Shown: positions 1 through 11,896, numbered from the stretch's first letter. The stretch: 64,000 nt of DNA from Octopus vulgaris (GCA_951406725.2 OX597817.1:86862001-86926000); one strand, 5' to 3'. Notes: generated by a model not told the origin, from the letters alone. Numbers and translations are program-made.

Positions 1-782
1 TGGTTGGTTGCAGACATAATTTAATGGTGATTTAAGTCCATTATCATAATTGAGGATATCCAACTGTTTTAGATATCCTGTAGTCTTCCTTTCATTACTA
101 AAATAAATACAAATCTCGTTGGGATGTTAGGCGCCTCAGCAATGCTTCTTTCTGTAACATGTCGAACATTGCGTTTCAAAGAGAGAAATATACAAACGAA
201 TTACAGAACGAACTTCAAATGGTTGTTAATAATATTATGTTTACAAATATATATATTGATCTGACCCTGTTGTATAAGACAACTGCTTTTATGATATTCT
301 TTACTATGACCAGCTTAATCTTGGTAGACTCTGGCTAGTGTCTCTCTCAACCGCAGAAAATAGCTTCAGCTTCAATCTGCAAAATCACAACCTTTGCAAT
401 AAAATGAAAATATTCACAACGTATTAGTGTACAGTTTCACCATTTCTTATTATAAAATATCAACACGCAGTTTAAAATTTCTTCTAATGCTCTTGATGAC
501 CTCCATGGTTACTGAGGAAAGTCTTATCTGTTCAGATTACTTTATACAGTGCAAAAGATGTATTAAACACTACGCGCACCTGATCATCATTTGAAAACAA
601 AGCCTTGTGATAAAAGTACAATAATAACACTTTTACTAATTGCATTACTTAGATTACAAAAGCTATAACAAAACCATACTGATTATTGCATTAATAAATT
701 CGCATTTCCTCCCTATTTTTCAGGAAAACGCCTTTGAAATTCTCTGAACAAAATTTTTGCCAAAATACTTTAAGTAGTTGCG

Positions 783-960
783 GGCGTGGCATATAGGCGT
801 AGGTGTGTTTGGGTGATTAAGAAGCTTGCTTCGCAATCATGTGGTCTTGGGGTCAGTCATACGGTGCGGTACCTTGGGCAAGTGTCTTCTGCTATAGCTC
901 CGGAAGGATCAAAGCCCTTTCAGTGGATTCGATGGACGAAATCTGAAAGAAGCCTGACGT
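783..960 (+). mobile_element. Degenerate tRNA-type SINE (family A), 5' part
   Basis: Head ...aagaagcttgcttcgcaatcatgtggtc...accttgggcaagtgtcttctgctatagc...ctgaaagaagcctg matches the copies at 7175-7583 and 8177-8575. Confidence 0.7.
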
Positions 961-1029
<69 letters not shown>

Positions 1030-1153
1030 TGTATGTATGTATGTATGTATGTATGTGTGTGTGTGTATATATGTGTGTGTATTTGTGCGTGCGCGCGCGT
1101 GTGCGTGTGTGTGAGTATATATATATGCATACATACACATACATATATACATA

Positions 1154-2025
1154 CAAGGAGAATTCATTAAAGATTTCCTCTGATCCACTTCCGGTTATTG
1201 CAGAATCCGGAACTGGTAGAGGTATAATCATACAAGTCTCTGCATGTCACATTGTAAATTGTAGCTTTCCACTAGTATTCTTTGTCTTTTACGGCTGCCG
1301 AAGTGGACTAAGGTGTTATAATGGAGGCAGTTGAATGTAGATCAGCGGTCAGTCATCAGGTTCTCATACTTGAAAAGTCGTACACCAAAAGAGACTTTCG
1401 ATGAGATGAAAGAAGCTTATGGTGACGATACATCATCATATGGCGTCGTCAAGCACTGGCATCGCCAGTTCAAATGTAGTCGGACATCGATGGAAACGGC
1501 TCCTATTTCTGGACGACCACATTCCGCAATTGATGACGGCACCGTCCGTAAAGTGGAAATGGCCATTTGGAGGATCACCGTGTAACTATTCGGAAACTAG
1601 CTCAAAATGTGAAGATAAGTGTAGGCTCCGTGTAAAAGATCATTCACGACCATTTTCACATGCGGAAGTTGTCTGCACGATGAATTCTCCGGATGCTCAC
1701 ACCTTTTCAGAAGTAGGAACGAGTCAATTGCTCCCAAACTCTTTTGGCAATGTGCCAAGAAAACGAGGAGGATATTTTCGGCAGACTTATCATACAGGAT
1801 GAAACATAGGTCCATCACTATGATCCTGAGTCTAAAGTTCACTCGAGGCAACGGAAACATGATAACTCACCACTGCTAAAGAATGCTCGTTTCAAATTCT
1901 CAGCAAGGAAGGTGATGCTCACAGTCTCTTGGAACCAGAGAGGAGTTGTGATGATGATGGCCTTTCTGGCAAAGGACACCACAATTGACGTGGAATATTA
2001 TGCTGCTCTGCTGCCGAAAGCACTT
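1154..2025 (+). mobile_element. Mariner transposon, 5' portion with disrupted transposase (Himar1/irritans-like)
   Basis: Starts after TA. Frameshifted peptides RSVIRFSYLK..EAYGDD..VKHWHRQFK..SGRP (HTH), LIIQDET*VHHYDPE (first catalytic D), SARKVMLTVSW and TTIDVEYY. Truncated near 2025. Confidence 0.9.
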
Positions 2026-2479
2026 GTACACGGAAACCGTAAACAGCGCAAAAATATAATTTTTTGAAAGGTAGCTTGGGTATTGATTTGATTCCAGAGC
2101 TTACCAAGGTTATTGCTTTAACAATGTCACGGCCCAAATCGTCTTTTCTCAAGTGTAAGGCCTCATGTTTCCGCAGTTTCATGGTAATTTATTGCTAGTG
2201 AAATGGATGAAGAAAGTAGTAAGTACTTGTGCAGTGCAGAGGCTGTTATTGCTTTAACTATCTCATGCTACACATAGAAATCGCTTTCATTTATTGTAAT
2301 GGATAGCCTCAGTGCCGGCTGTTTACTGTTATTGGCAGTGGCTATTTTGAGGTCACGTGGGGTCACAACGTTTGTACACACCGTGGTGGAGATTAACTGT
2401 TTATGCATCGAAGAAGGAATAGCGTCATTGTTCTGGGAAGAACAAATCAGGAGCGACCTCAACAAAGGCATTTTGTTCG

Positions 2480-2945
2480 AATGGGAGTTTGTCGAATTGT
2501 GCTGAAACAAAGCGCAGTTTAATGAAATGAACCATGGCATAAGACTCGTTGGCTGAAAATGCATTCGTTTACCGAGTTTGGTTTAAATCGGCTCAATGGC
2601 CTGCCTAAAAGGTATTTTTTGAGTCGGTTTTTCCTGTGCTGTGCTCAAACGAAACAGAATTTTAAAAAAAATAATAACGAAACGAAAAACCTTGGGTAAG
2701 AATGCATAGGTATGTCACGTTTGATCAAAATCGGACGATTTTTGAAAAATTCGATAATTATCGATCGATATTTTGCGAAAACCGAACATTGATCAGAGCA
2801 GTTGTTATGATTAAAACATGCCTCGGAACATACTAAATGCATGTCTGAAATTTCAATCGAATCGGTTTGGTGGAACTCAAGTTATAAACCTTCGAACTTG
2901 CACACACACACACACAGACAGACATACAGTTTCTGTTATATATAT
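2480..2945 (-). mobile_element. 5' end fragment of a non-autonomous Helitron-like element
   Basis: aaatttcaatcgaatcggtttgg...cacagacagacatacagtttctgttatatata resembles the termini at 6500-6588 and 10440-10532. No 3' CTAG end found; inner boundary approximate. Confidence 0.45.
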
Positions 2946-3954
2946 ATATATATATATATTCATACATACACACGCACATATACAAACTCTAGTACACGCA
3001 TATACACACTTACGCACATTCACATACGCTCAAGAACGCAGACACGCACATGATACAATCTCAAAGACAAAGGAGAGTCCACAGAGTATCACGCAACGGC
3101 AACGATAATAGCAGACGTAAAAGAAATTTCAGCCCCACCCGGCAACCACCGTCGCAACCACCACCACCACTACCACCACCACCACCACCACCATAAAATG
3201 GTTACTTCCTCTTCTTCTGATACCAATACAACCTCCCCCTCTACTTTTATTCTCCTTCATTAAGATCATTATCTGAAGCACCATTTTTACTATATATTTT
3301 ATTGATCCTATACAATCGCTGACACTCTTTTCTTTTACCTCACCCCTTTTTTCTCCCTCATTTTCCCACTCCTTTCTCTCCCACCCCTCCACAACCACCT
3401 CGCCACCATCTACATCACTTCCTTCCTGTTACTAATATTTCATCTCTGTATTGAGTGACATTACAAAATACAACCTTGTTATGTCTCTCTTCTCTCATCA
3501 ATTCTTTCAACATTTGTCTTTCTCAACAACACTTTTACCCTTTTTGCTGGTGTTGCATGATATTCTAAGCCACGAACCCTACCACGGGGTCAGGGACAAC
3601 AGGAAAGAATGCGCGCAGACACAGTTTCAATAATGTAATCGCACCGATAAAAACTATAGAACTCTATATTTCCCTTTCCTTCCCTATTTAAGTCTTTCAA
3701 CCTTCCACCTTATATCCGGATGTCGGTTTGCTCTTCTGTCTACTTCTGATGGCAACATACAAATGGACTTGGCCTTTCGTAATACACATGCATGCACGCA
3801 CACACGTGCACACACACACACACACACCACGTGTACGCACAAATGCGCGCGCACGCACACACACATCAGTGTCTGCGTATATGTACTATTTGCATATGTA
3901 TATACAGACGTACTTGTAGATATACATTTGTATGAGTATATACATACATTTATA

Positions 3955-4005
<51 letters not shown>

Positions 4006-4021
4006 GTGTGTGTATATATAT

Positions 4022-4064
<43 letters not shown>

Positions 4065-4345
4065 GGTCCCGGGTTGATTCGGGGTTAACCACAGTAAGTA
4101 AGGTACTCAATACATAGCAGAGTAAAATTAATTTATTATATAGAAGGAGCTTCTACAGGACTAGTACTGTTTCATTCAAGAGAAATCTTCAGGAAGCTAT
4201 TTAACAAGAATTGTATTAGCATTTATACATTTAGGCAGGTTTAAAGGAGTGGTGGTGGGGGACTTTTTGGGGGTAGGCATAGCGCAAAATATCATACTTG
4301 GGGGAGTGGTCAAGGAGTCAGTGGTAAGTTAGATGAAAGAATAGA
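4065..4345 (-). mobile_element. Short non-autonomous Penelope-like or retrozyme-like element within (TA)n
   Basis: About 280 bp of unique sequence between two TA microsatellites, carrying the hammerhead at 4148-4198. Confidence 0.6.
4148..4198 (-). ncRNA. Type I hammerhead ribozyme
   Basis: Minus strand: agcttc CTGAAGA tttctcttgaat GAAA cag-tactagtc-ctg TA gaagct. 6-bp stem I, intact core, GUA triplet, weak stem II. Confidence 0.8.
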
Positions 4346-4355
4346 TAAATAAAAA

Positions 4356-4451
<96 letters not shown>

Positions 4452-4517
4452 TAGCTGAAGGTGACCCGCTCTACGCGCGGGTAAGAGTGTGGTTGTTACT
4501 TTCTGTTGCTTCCTTTC

Positions 4518-4828
4518 AGCACGTAAAAGGCACCATCCGAACGTGGCGGATTGCAGCGCCGCCTTGACTGGCTTCTGTGCTGGTGGCACGTAAAAAGCAC
4601 CAACCGATCGTGGCCGCTGCCAGCCCCCTGGCACCTGTGCAGGCGGCACGAAAAAAGCACCCACTACGCTCACAGAGTGGTTGGCGTTAGGAAGGGCATC
4701 CACCTGTCGAAACACTGCCAGATCAGACTGGAGCCTGGTGCAGCCTCCTGGCTTCCCAGACCCCTGTCAAACTGTCCAACCCGTGCTAGCACGGAAAACG
4801 GACGTTAAACGATGATGATGATGATGAT
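4518..4828 (+). mobile_element. SINE or LINE 3' end with (GAT)n tail, nested in the Helitron
   Basis: Internal repeats cacgtaaaaagcacc; tggttggcgttaggaagggcatcc; ends gacgttaaacgatgatgatgatg, a tail also seen at about 28945. Confidence 0.6.
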
Positions 4829-5515
4829 TCTCCCTCTTTGTTTCTTTCTCCTTTCTCTCTCACTTTCCCACTCTCTTACTCTTCCTTTCTCTCGGACTCT
4901 CCCTCGCTTTCTCTTACTCTCTATCTTTATGTATCTCTCTCCCATTTATAAACAACAGAAGATCTTGAGTAAGTTGAGAAATAAAATATTTAGAAAGATC
5001 AATCATAAATATCAGGCAGTTACAAAGGAAAGGTCTGCTTCAAGACAGACAGCAAAACACTAACATTTAAAAGGGACAGACGAACTTGCGAGCTGAATAA
5101 AAATAATAAAATATTGGAAACCAAAGTTTGAAGGGATAGAATTTGAGGATAGTAGAGTCACCATGGCTGGCATTTCTTAACGACGGACAGCAACGTATTG
5201 ACAGTTCAACGGCTGGCGTAAAAGTTTGAACTTGATGTAAAAGAAAATCCCTAAAAACCAAGTTTTGACTTGATTCTTTCTCACGACAGTAGACTCACGA
5301 TGGCAAGCATTGAAAACTTCTTCATCATGGACGGCAACACATTGACGATTAAAAGGCTGGAGCAAATTTTTTAGCTTGATGTAACAGAGAATTGCTAAAC
5401 ACCCGCTCCTTTAAATTTTAATCCCCTTCCAGCCCCATTTATACCCCTTTTCACCTTTTGGTTAATATAACCCGATTTAATTTGGGTCTACTGGGGCCAC
5501 ATTTTATAAGATGAG

Positions 5516-5713
5516 GACACAACCAAGCTTCCCAAGTTCTGGTCATAGACCATAGAACACTCAACCAAGTTTCCCGATTTCTGGTCATAGACCATAGAAC
5601 AGTCAAGCAAGTTTCCCGAGTTCTGGTCATAGACCATAGAACACTCAACCAAGTTTCCCGAGTTCTGGTCATAGACCATAGAACACTAAACTAAGTTTCC
5701 CGAGTTCTGGTCA
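5516..5713. repeat. 42-bp minisatellite, about 4.7 copies
   Basis: Unit acactcaaccaagtttcccgagttctggtcatagaccataga repeated directly with no spacers. Confidence 0.95.
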
Positions 5714-5960
5714 TTTGCAGAATAAATAGAGACGGCGGAGGTGGCAGACGTCGTTGCAATGTAAACATGATTTGTTATAAGAGAAAGATTATCCAGATTG
5801 TGTGTTGGTGGTGTTGGTGGTGGCGATGATAATTATCATTAGGAAAAAGAGTGAGTGAGTGAGGAAGACATACATAAGTTGTGGTGATGATAATTGTAGA
5901 CCCCTTTTCACATTTTGATGAAGAGAACCCTATTTCATTCGGGTGTACTGGGGCTACATA

Positions 5961-6005
<45 letters not shown>

Positions 6006-6116
6006 GTGTGTGTGCACGCTGTAGAAATTAAATTAGAGATAAAACCACTAATAGGGAAATGAAACAGTAAAAAACCAAAAACAAAAACATAAAAATAAAA
6101 ATATATTAGATATATG

Positions 6117-6170
<54 letters not shown>

Positions 6171-6590
6171 GACAGGTAGACAATAGAATGCGATGGCGAT
6201 GGGGATGGCGAGTAATATTTGTTACTGTCCATGAACGCTGAGAGATACATGAGTAAAATGTATAGGAAGGTAAGAAATAAGAGTGAGTGAAAATGTTCTT
6301 GGAAGAGAGTAAAGAGCGACAGAGTGATTTGAGGAAGACTTTACATTAAATAACGGTAGTTGCATTGTCAAATGAAGAGGAGTGACAGAGTACTGGAGGA
6401 AATAGGGTGAGGTAGGAAGATGGCCCCTAGCAACCACACCTTTTAAGATAGGGATTTCTAAGGTAGCCCACGCGCATCGTCACCTCATTCTACATGTCCC
6501 TGTAAATTTTGGAGCGAATCGGACGGGATGTAGTGGCATTGAAAGCGAACCAAGCGGTAAAAACGCAATTCAGTTTTATATATAGAGATA

Positions 6591-6910
6591 ATAGTTATCG
6601 CCATACTAATATGGCATTCTTATAAAAATAAGAATAAAGCTGTCCGCTTATTAGCTCCATGAGGCCATCGCCTTAAGTTAGCTATTTGATACACAAACTG
6701 TATCCATATAACCTTCGAACAAGGGAGGTCAGTCGCTCCACACTACTTTGTCGGCAGCTACAGACGCGTTTCGGGGTATTGCCCCTTTTCAATGCAGCGT
6801 AGCCAGACCAGTAGGTGTCGCTAAGAATGCCATATTAGTATGGCGATAACTTATTATTTTCCGGGAACGCTGCCGTTGTTCTCTTTTAGAGAGACTTAGT
6901 AATTTTAATA
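6591..6910 (-). mobile_element. Short hammerhead-bearing element with a 33-bp inverted repeat
   Basis: gttatcgccatactaatatggcattctta (about 6594-6622) is inverted at about 6822-6850; these flank the hammerhead at 6757-6798. Confidence 0.6.
6757..6798 (-). ncRNA. Type I hammerhead ribozyme, U3-A8 core variant
   Basis: Minus strand: gctgca TTGAAAA gggg-caata-cccc GAAA cgcg TC tgtagc. Palindromic minimal stem III, GUC triplet. Confidence 0.75.
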
Positions 6911-6914
6911 TTTC

Positions 6915-6957
<43 letters not shown>

Positions 6958-6992
6958 TACATACATAAATATGTATAGAGGGAGAGATGGCC

Positions 6993-7055
6993 AGATAACC
7001 GAAGAGATGGTGGTGTGGATTTCCACCTCGGAATCCGAAACTCAGAGTTTTATCT
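6993..7055 (+). ncRNA. Type I hammerhead ribozyme, CCGAAGA (U4C) variant
   Basis: agataa CCGAAGA gat..gtgga-tt-tccac..atcc GAAA ctc-a-gag TT ttatct; second copy at 62527-62589. Confidence 0.7.
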
Positions 7056-7174
7056 TGGCTACCGAATAATTGTCATATATTATATTTACAGATAAATTTC
7101 CTCTATTTACATAATATTGAAGTATCTTTCTTTCTTTTGTTATCTTACCGTTTTTACCAATATATATATATATA

Positions 7175-7663
7175 CTCTTTTTACTCTTTTACTTGTTTCA
7201 GTCATTTGACTGTGGCCATGCTGGAGCACCGCCTTTAGTCGAGCAAAACGACCCCGGGACTTATTCTTTGTAAGCCTAGTACTTATTCTATTGGTCTCTT
7301 TTGCCGAACCGCTAAGTGACGGGGACGTAAACACACCAGCATCGGTTGTCAAGCAATGCTAGGGGGACAAACACAGACACACAAACACACACACATACAC
7401 ATATATATATACATATATACGACAGGTTTCTTTCAGTTTCCGTCTACCAAATCCACTCACAAGGCATTGGTCGGCCCGGGGCTATAGCAGAAGACACTTG
7501 CCCAAGATGCCACGCAGTGGGACTGAACCCAGAACCATGCGGTTGGTTAGCAAGCTACTTACCACACAGCCACTCCTGCGCCTATATTGCCACGCAGTGG
7601 GACTGAACCCAGAACCATGCGGTTGGTTAGCAAGCTACTTACCACACAGCCACTCCTGCGCCT
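7175..7663 (-). mobile_element. tRNA-type SINE family A, full length, plus a 76-bp tandem duplication of its head
   Basis: Minus strand ggcgcaggagtggctgtgtggtaagtagc (A-box-like)...gggttcagtccc (B-box-like)...ttgggcaagtgtc...gaaacaagtaaaagag. Head repeated at 7588-7663. Confidence 0.85.
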
Positions 7664-7844
7664 AAATGCGTATAAATGTATGTATATACTCATACATATG
7701 TATATCTACAAGTACGTCTGTATATACATATGCAAAGAGTACATATACGCAGACACTGATGTGTGTATGTGTGTGCGCGCATTTGTGCGTATACGTGGTG
7801 TGTGTGTGTGTGCACGTGTGTGCGTGCATGCGTGTGTATTACGA

Positions 7845-8070
7845 AATATATATTTCGGTTTTGGATTTGGTTGCAAGATTCTTTATATGAGTTCGTGTGT
7901 TGAAGCATATTCTGTTGTGTCTGGGGAGAGTCATTTTCTTTTTGTGCCTTATAATGTAATACACTCATGAAAGTTTTAGGAAAATAAAAGAAAAAAGTTG
8001 AAATTTTACCGGTGAGTGTGTTACATTATAAGGCACAAAAAGAAAATGACTCCCCAGACACAACAGAATA
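7845..8070. mobile_element. Head-to-head inverted fragments of a Penelope-like 3' end (family also at 43970-44225)
   Basis: tattctgttgtgtctggggagagtcattttctttttgtgccttataatgtaa (about 7908-7967) is inverted at about 8012-8070; same sequence at 44065-44220. Confidence 0.6.
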
Positions 8071-8094
8071 CATACATACATACATACATACATG

Positions 8095-8176
<82 letters not shown>

Positions 8177-8177
<1 letters not shown>

Positions 8178-8575
8178 GTGGTAAGTAGCTTGCTAACCAA
8201 CCACATGGTTCCGGGTTCAGTCCCACTGCGTCGCATCTTGGGCAAGTGTCTTCTGCTATAGCCCCGGGCCGACCAATGCCTTGTGAGTGGATTTGGTAGA
8301 CGGAAACTGAAAGAAGCCTGTCGTATATATGTATATATATATATAAGTGTGTGTGTATGTGTTTGTGTGTCTGTGTTTGTCCCCCTAGCATTGCTTGACA
8401 ACCGATGCTGGTGTGTTTACGTCCCCGTCACTTAGCGGTTCGGCAAAATGGACCGATAGAATAAGTACTGGGCTTACAAAGAATAAGTCCCGGGGTCGAT
8501 TTGCTCGACTAAAGGCGGTGCTCCAGCATGGCCGCAGTCAAATGACTGAAACAAGTAAAAGAGTTAAAGAGAGTA
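8177..8575 (+). mobile_element. tRNA-type SINE family A
   Basis: Near-identical inverted partner of 7175-7570. Confidence 0.85.
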
Positions 8576-8594
8576 TATATATATATATATATAT

Positions 8595-8955
8595 TCTTTT
8601 ATTTGTTTCAGTCATTTGATTGCGGCCATGCTTCAGAATCGCCTATAGTCGAAAAAATCGGCCCCAGAACTTATTCTATCGTTATCTTTCACCGAACCGC
8701 AAAATTACGGGGATGTAAACACACGGAACATCGGTTGTCAAGCGATAATGGGGGACAAACACAGACGCACGGTGACACACACACACACACGCACACACAT
8801 ATATATTATACAACGGGCTTCTTTCAGTTTCCGTCTACAAATTCACTTACAAGTCTTTGGTCGGCCCGAGGCTATAGTAGGTGCCACACAGTGAGATTAA
8901 ACCCGGAATCATGTACTTGGTAAGCAAGCTACTTACCTCAGAACCGCAACTCCGC

Positions 8956-8960
<5 letters not shown>
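8595..8960 (-). mobile_element. Diverged SINE family A copy
   Basis: gtttcagtcattt..gcggccatgct..ctttcagtttccgtctac..ggtaagcaagctacttacc aligns to 7195-7565. Confidence 0.75.
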
Positions 8961-8990
<30 letters not shown>

Positions 8991-8993
<3 letters not shown>

Positions 8994-10529
8994 CATTATG
9001 ACCCATCGTTGCCGGGTCATAGTGCTAGTGCATGTATATATGTGTATATATATGTGTACATATTACATGTACATCTAGATATATACATCTACACATAAAA
9101 TACAAACTACAAATTATTACCGCTAGTGATAACAATACTCAAAATATATAACAAACTGGAATTGTAGGCCCGTCTCTTGCAATTTCGATCAATTGTATCT
9201 TGTCCTCCCTCTTGTATAGAAGTGTGGCTACAATCCAGCCTACCTCTACTTCTGGGGTGGGGGGCATTTTTAATGTTTATCCGGGATATAAAGGTAAAAA
9301 TAAAATATTTCCACTTTGCAAGGTTCGAGTCGAGTACTCCCTTGTACGCTCCGTTGACTCGAACCTTGCTTCTATTGTGGCGAATTTACCGCCTCTGGTT
9401 AGATATTTTTCATTGTCGCACCAAGACACGCTTCGATGGTGCTTTCCTCCAGGTGTTCAAATATTTGTTTTCTCTACATTGTATACTTTATAGACAATAG
9501 TCTTTTCTTTAATTTAATTTTTTTTATTTCGTTTGGTGGTGTTATCCTAGATTCACCGTCTTTGTCGGTGATCAATCCGTATTTGTTCCATTTTAATTTC
9601 AATGAGTTCGCGCCCGCCGTCGGCTGCAGCAAAATTCATTTTTGGACTTTCTTCTATCGAAGGCATTCTAACAAAAATGCTTCCGTGTAAACGGTGAAAA
9701 TATTGTCAATTTCCCCAAACAGGGACGCAATTCAATTTGTAAACAATAACCAAAGCTCCTTCTCCCAAAAGAGGAGGGTTACAGTTTACAATTATTTAAC
9801 AAATGCAACACAACAATGTTTCCTTTACGAGGAACCGACAAACGTGATAACAATAGTTAAACAGTAATAATAATAACAACAACAAACCTTACGATGAATC
9901 AGAAAGCAGTAAGCAGTTGAAGCTTTAGTCCTTTATGTATAAGAAATAAACCAACAGCAGTACTCTGTAGGAGCGGCTGTTCGAGAAATCAGATATTACA
10001 TACAGCCAAACTTCATATAGATACTTAATGCTAGCTAATTAGCAGATAATCTATGGAAAAGCACAGCTCCATCTGGAGTATTCCATTTCTGCACGCTAAT
10101 TTCATTTTTAATTTATTCCCATTCATGTGAAACCACTTATTCAAGTTCAAGTCATTGATGCAATTTTATACCAATTGCTATTTTTACTTTTGTTATGTTA
10201 AGATTATATCATACTTTTGTTTGATTTTAATTATTACTTACTACATATAATTCAATTGTTATTATTATTTTTATTGTTAAAGTGAAAGCATCTGACATAA
10301 AATAGAGAAATGTTTTTGTTTCACTTTTAACACGTAATACTGAAATAGTGGAGAAGATATGATATTGCTATGGGCTCGCTCTAGGCAAGAAGTTGAACAT
10401 TTTTGCCCATGGAACTACATGGACCCTAAGTAAAGCATGTGTAAAATTTGAATGAAATTGGTTGTGTAGTTCTCAAGTTTTAGGGAAACACACAGACAGA
10501 CACACATTCTCAGTTTTATATATATATAA

Positions 10530-10532
<3 letters not shown>
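8991..10532 (-). mobile_element. Non-autonomous Helitron-like element
   Basis: Minus 5' end A|TCTTTATATATATATAAAACTG at 10532. 3' hairpin tagcattatgaccc/gggtcatagtgcta (8991-9027) ends in CTAT instead of CTAG. Confidence 0.6.
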
Positions 10533-10615
<83 letters not shown>

Positions 10616-10632
10616 GTGTATATGTGTGTGTG

Positions 10633-10674
<42 letters not shown>

Positions 10675-10827
10675 AAACCCATCTTTTATCAATTCCAAAT
10701 GAACAATTAAATTACACCATCTAGAAAATTACATATAATAGAAATATTAACATTAAAATAACAATAAAATGTCAATGATGAAGTAAATTGCAAAAAATAA
10801 TAATAATAACGTATATAATTTGTAGAA

Positions 10828-10916
10828 TAACGACACGTGTTTCGTGGCTATATTTAAGAAATGATTATAGTGGTAGAGAAATCACTTCGATATAAATATA
10901 GTCACTCATCAGGTTA
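10828..10916 (-). ncRNA. Type I hammerhead ribozyme with long stem II
   Basis: Minus strand: taac CTGATGA gtgactatattta...taaatatagccac GAAA cacgtg TC gtta. Canonical core, palindromic stem III acacgtgt, GUC triplet. Lies in a short element beside (TA)n at about 10670-10940. Confidence 0.85.
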
Positions 10917-11325
10917 AAGATAAACTAGAACAATATACACATGTGTGTATGTGCGTGTAAAGAGGTGGTTGTTGTGTGTGTTTATGGTGGTGGTGGTTGG
11001 GATTTTCATCGCTCAACGATGCGGATCTAGTTGTTTGATCAAGTTTATTACTTGATACCCAAATGGCTGAGTATCGCTCAGACATGCGAAACTTAAACTT
11101 AATTCTTAGGAAGAATCAGCATGACACAGCGTACTTGATGAGCTTGTACCTTTTGAATCACAAATATAATTCATCCGATAGGCTTCTATGCAGTTTCCGT
11201 CAAGCTTGGGGCTGTAGAAATTGACACTTCTGGTTGTGAAATGCACCTAAGCATTTAGCCATACGTCGTATACAACATGCAAATATGCACCCCCCTCCAC
11301 ACGCGCATGAACACACAAGCACACA

Positions 11326-11361
<36 letters not shown>

Positions 11362-11828
11362 AACACACATTAGAAGACATACAAATTAACACTCAGTCTT
11401 ATAAGAATTTAATACGTTGATATTAGAGTTATAGAGTTAATATTTACACTAATATTTAATGTGGGGCTAAAATATGGAATTGTTAAAACGTCGGACACAA
11501 TGCCTCGAGGCTTTTAGTTTTGGTTCTTCATGTTCTGAATTTGGAAGTTCTGTATTCACGAAAGAAACAGCTGTAAGATGTTGTTGATGTTGCTGATATT
11601 GATCGAGCATATCTGTGACGAAGACCTTAGGGCTGTGAACATCTTGGACCGCATTACTATAAAGTTACCCTGCCCCACATTTTTGACGAGAGGGTTTAAT
11701 TTGAAAAAAGTTCATAGTTATTTCTATCAGGCCCGATTTTCCCGTTGGTTAGAAACTGTTTCTTTTCACAATAATTGTATGTGTATGTATGTGTGTGTGT
11801 GCGCGTGCGTCCGTGTGTGAGTGTGTGT

Positions 11829-11896
<68 letters not shown>

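Larger units (their letters stand above)
4451..6588 (-). mobile_element. Complete non-autonomous Helitron
   Basis: Minus strand starts A|TCTCTATATATAAAACTG at 6588. It ends with hairpin acccgc-gcgtaga-gcgggt then CTAG|T at 4451. No TSD. Confidence 0.75.

Noticed and set aside
1-750. Possible host exon or transposase remnant
   Set aside because: No sustained frame or recognisable motif on either strand.
5516-5713. Regular repeats resembling a CRISPR array
   Set aside because: Units are contiguous with no unique spacers, there are no cas genes, and the context is eukaryotic.
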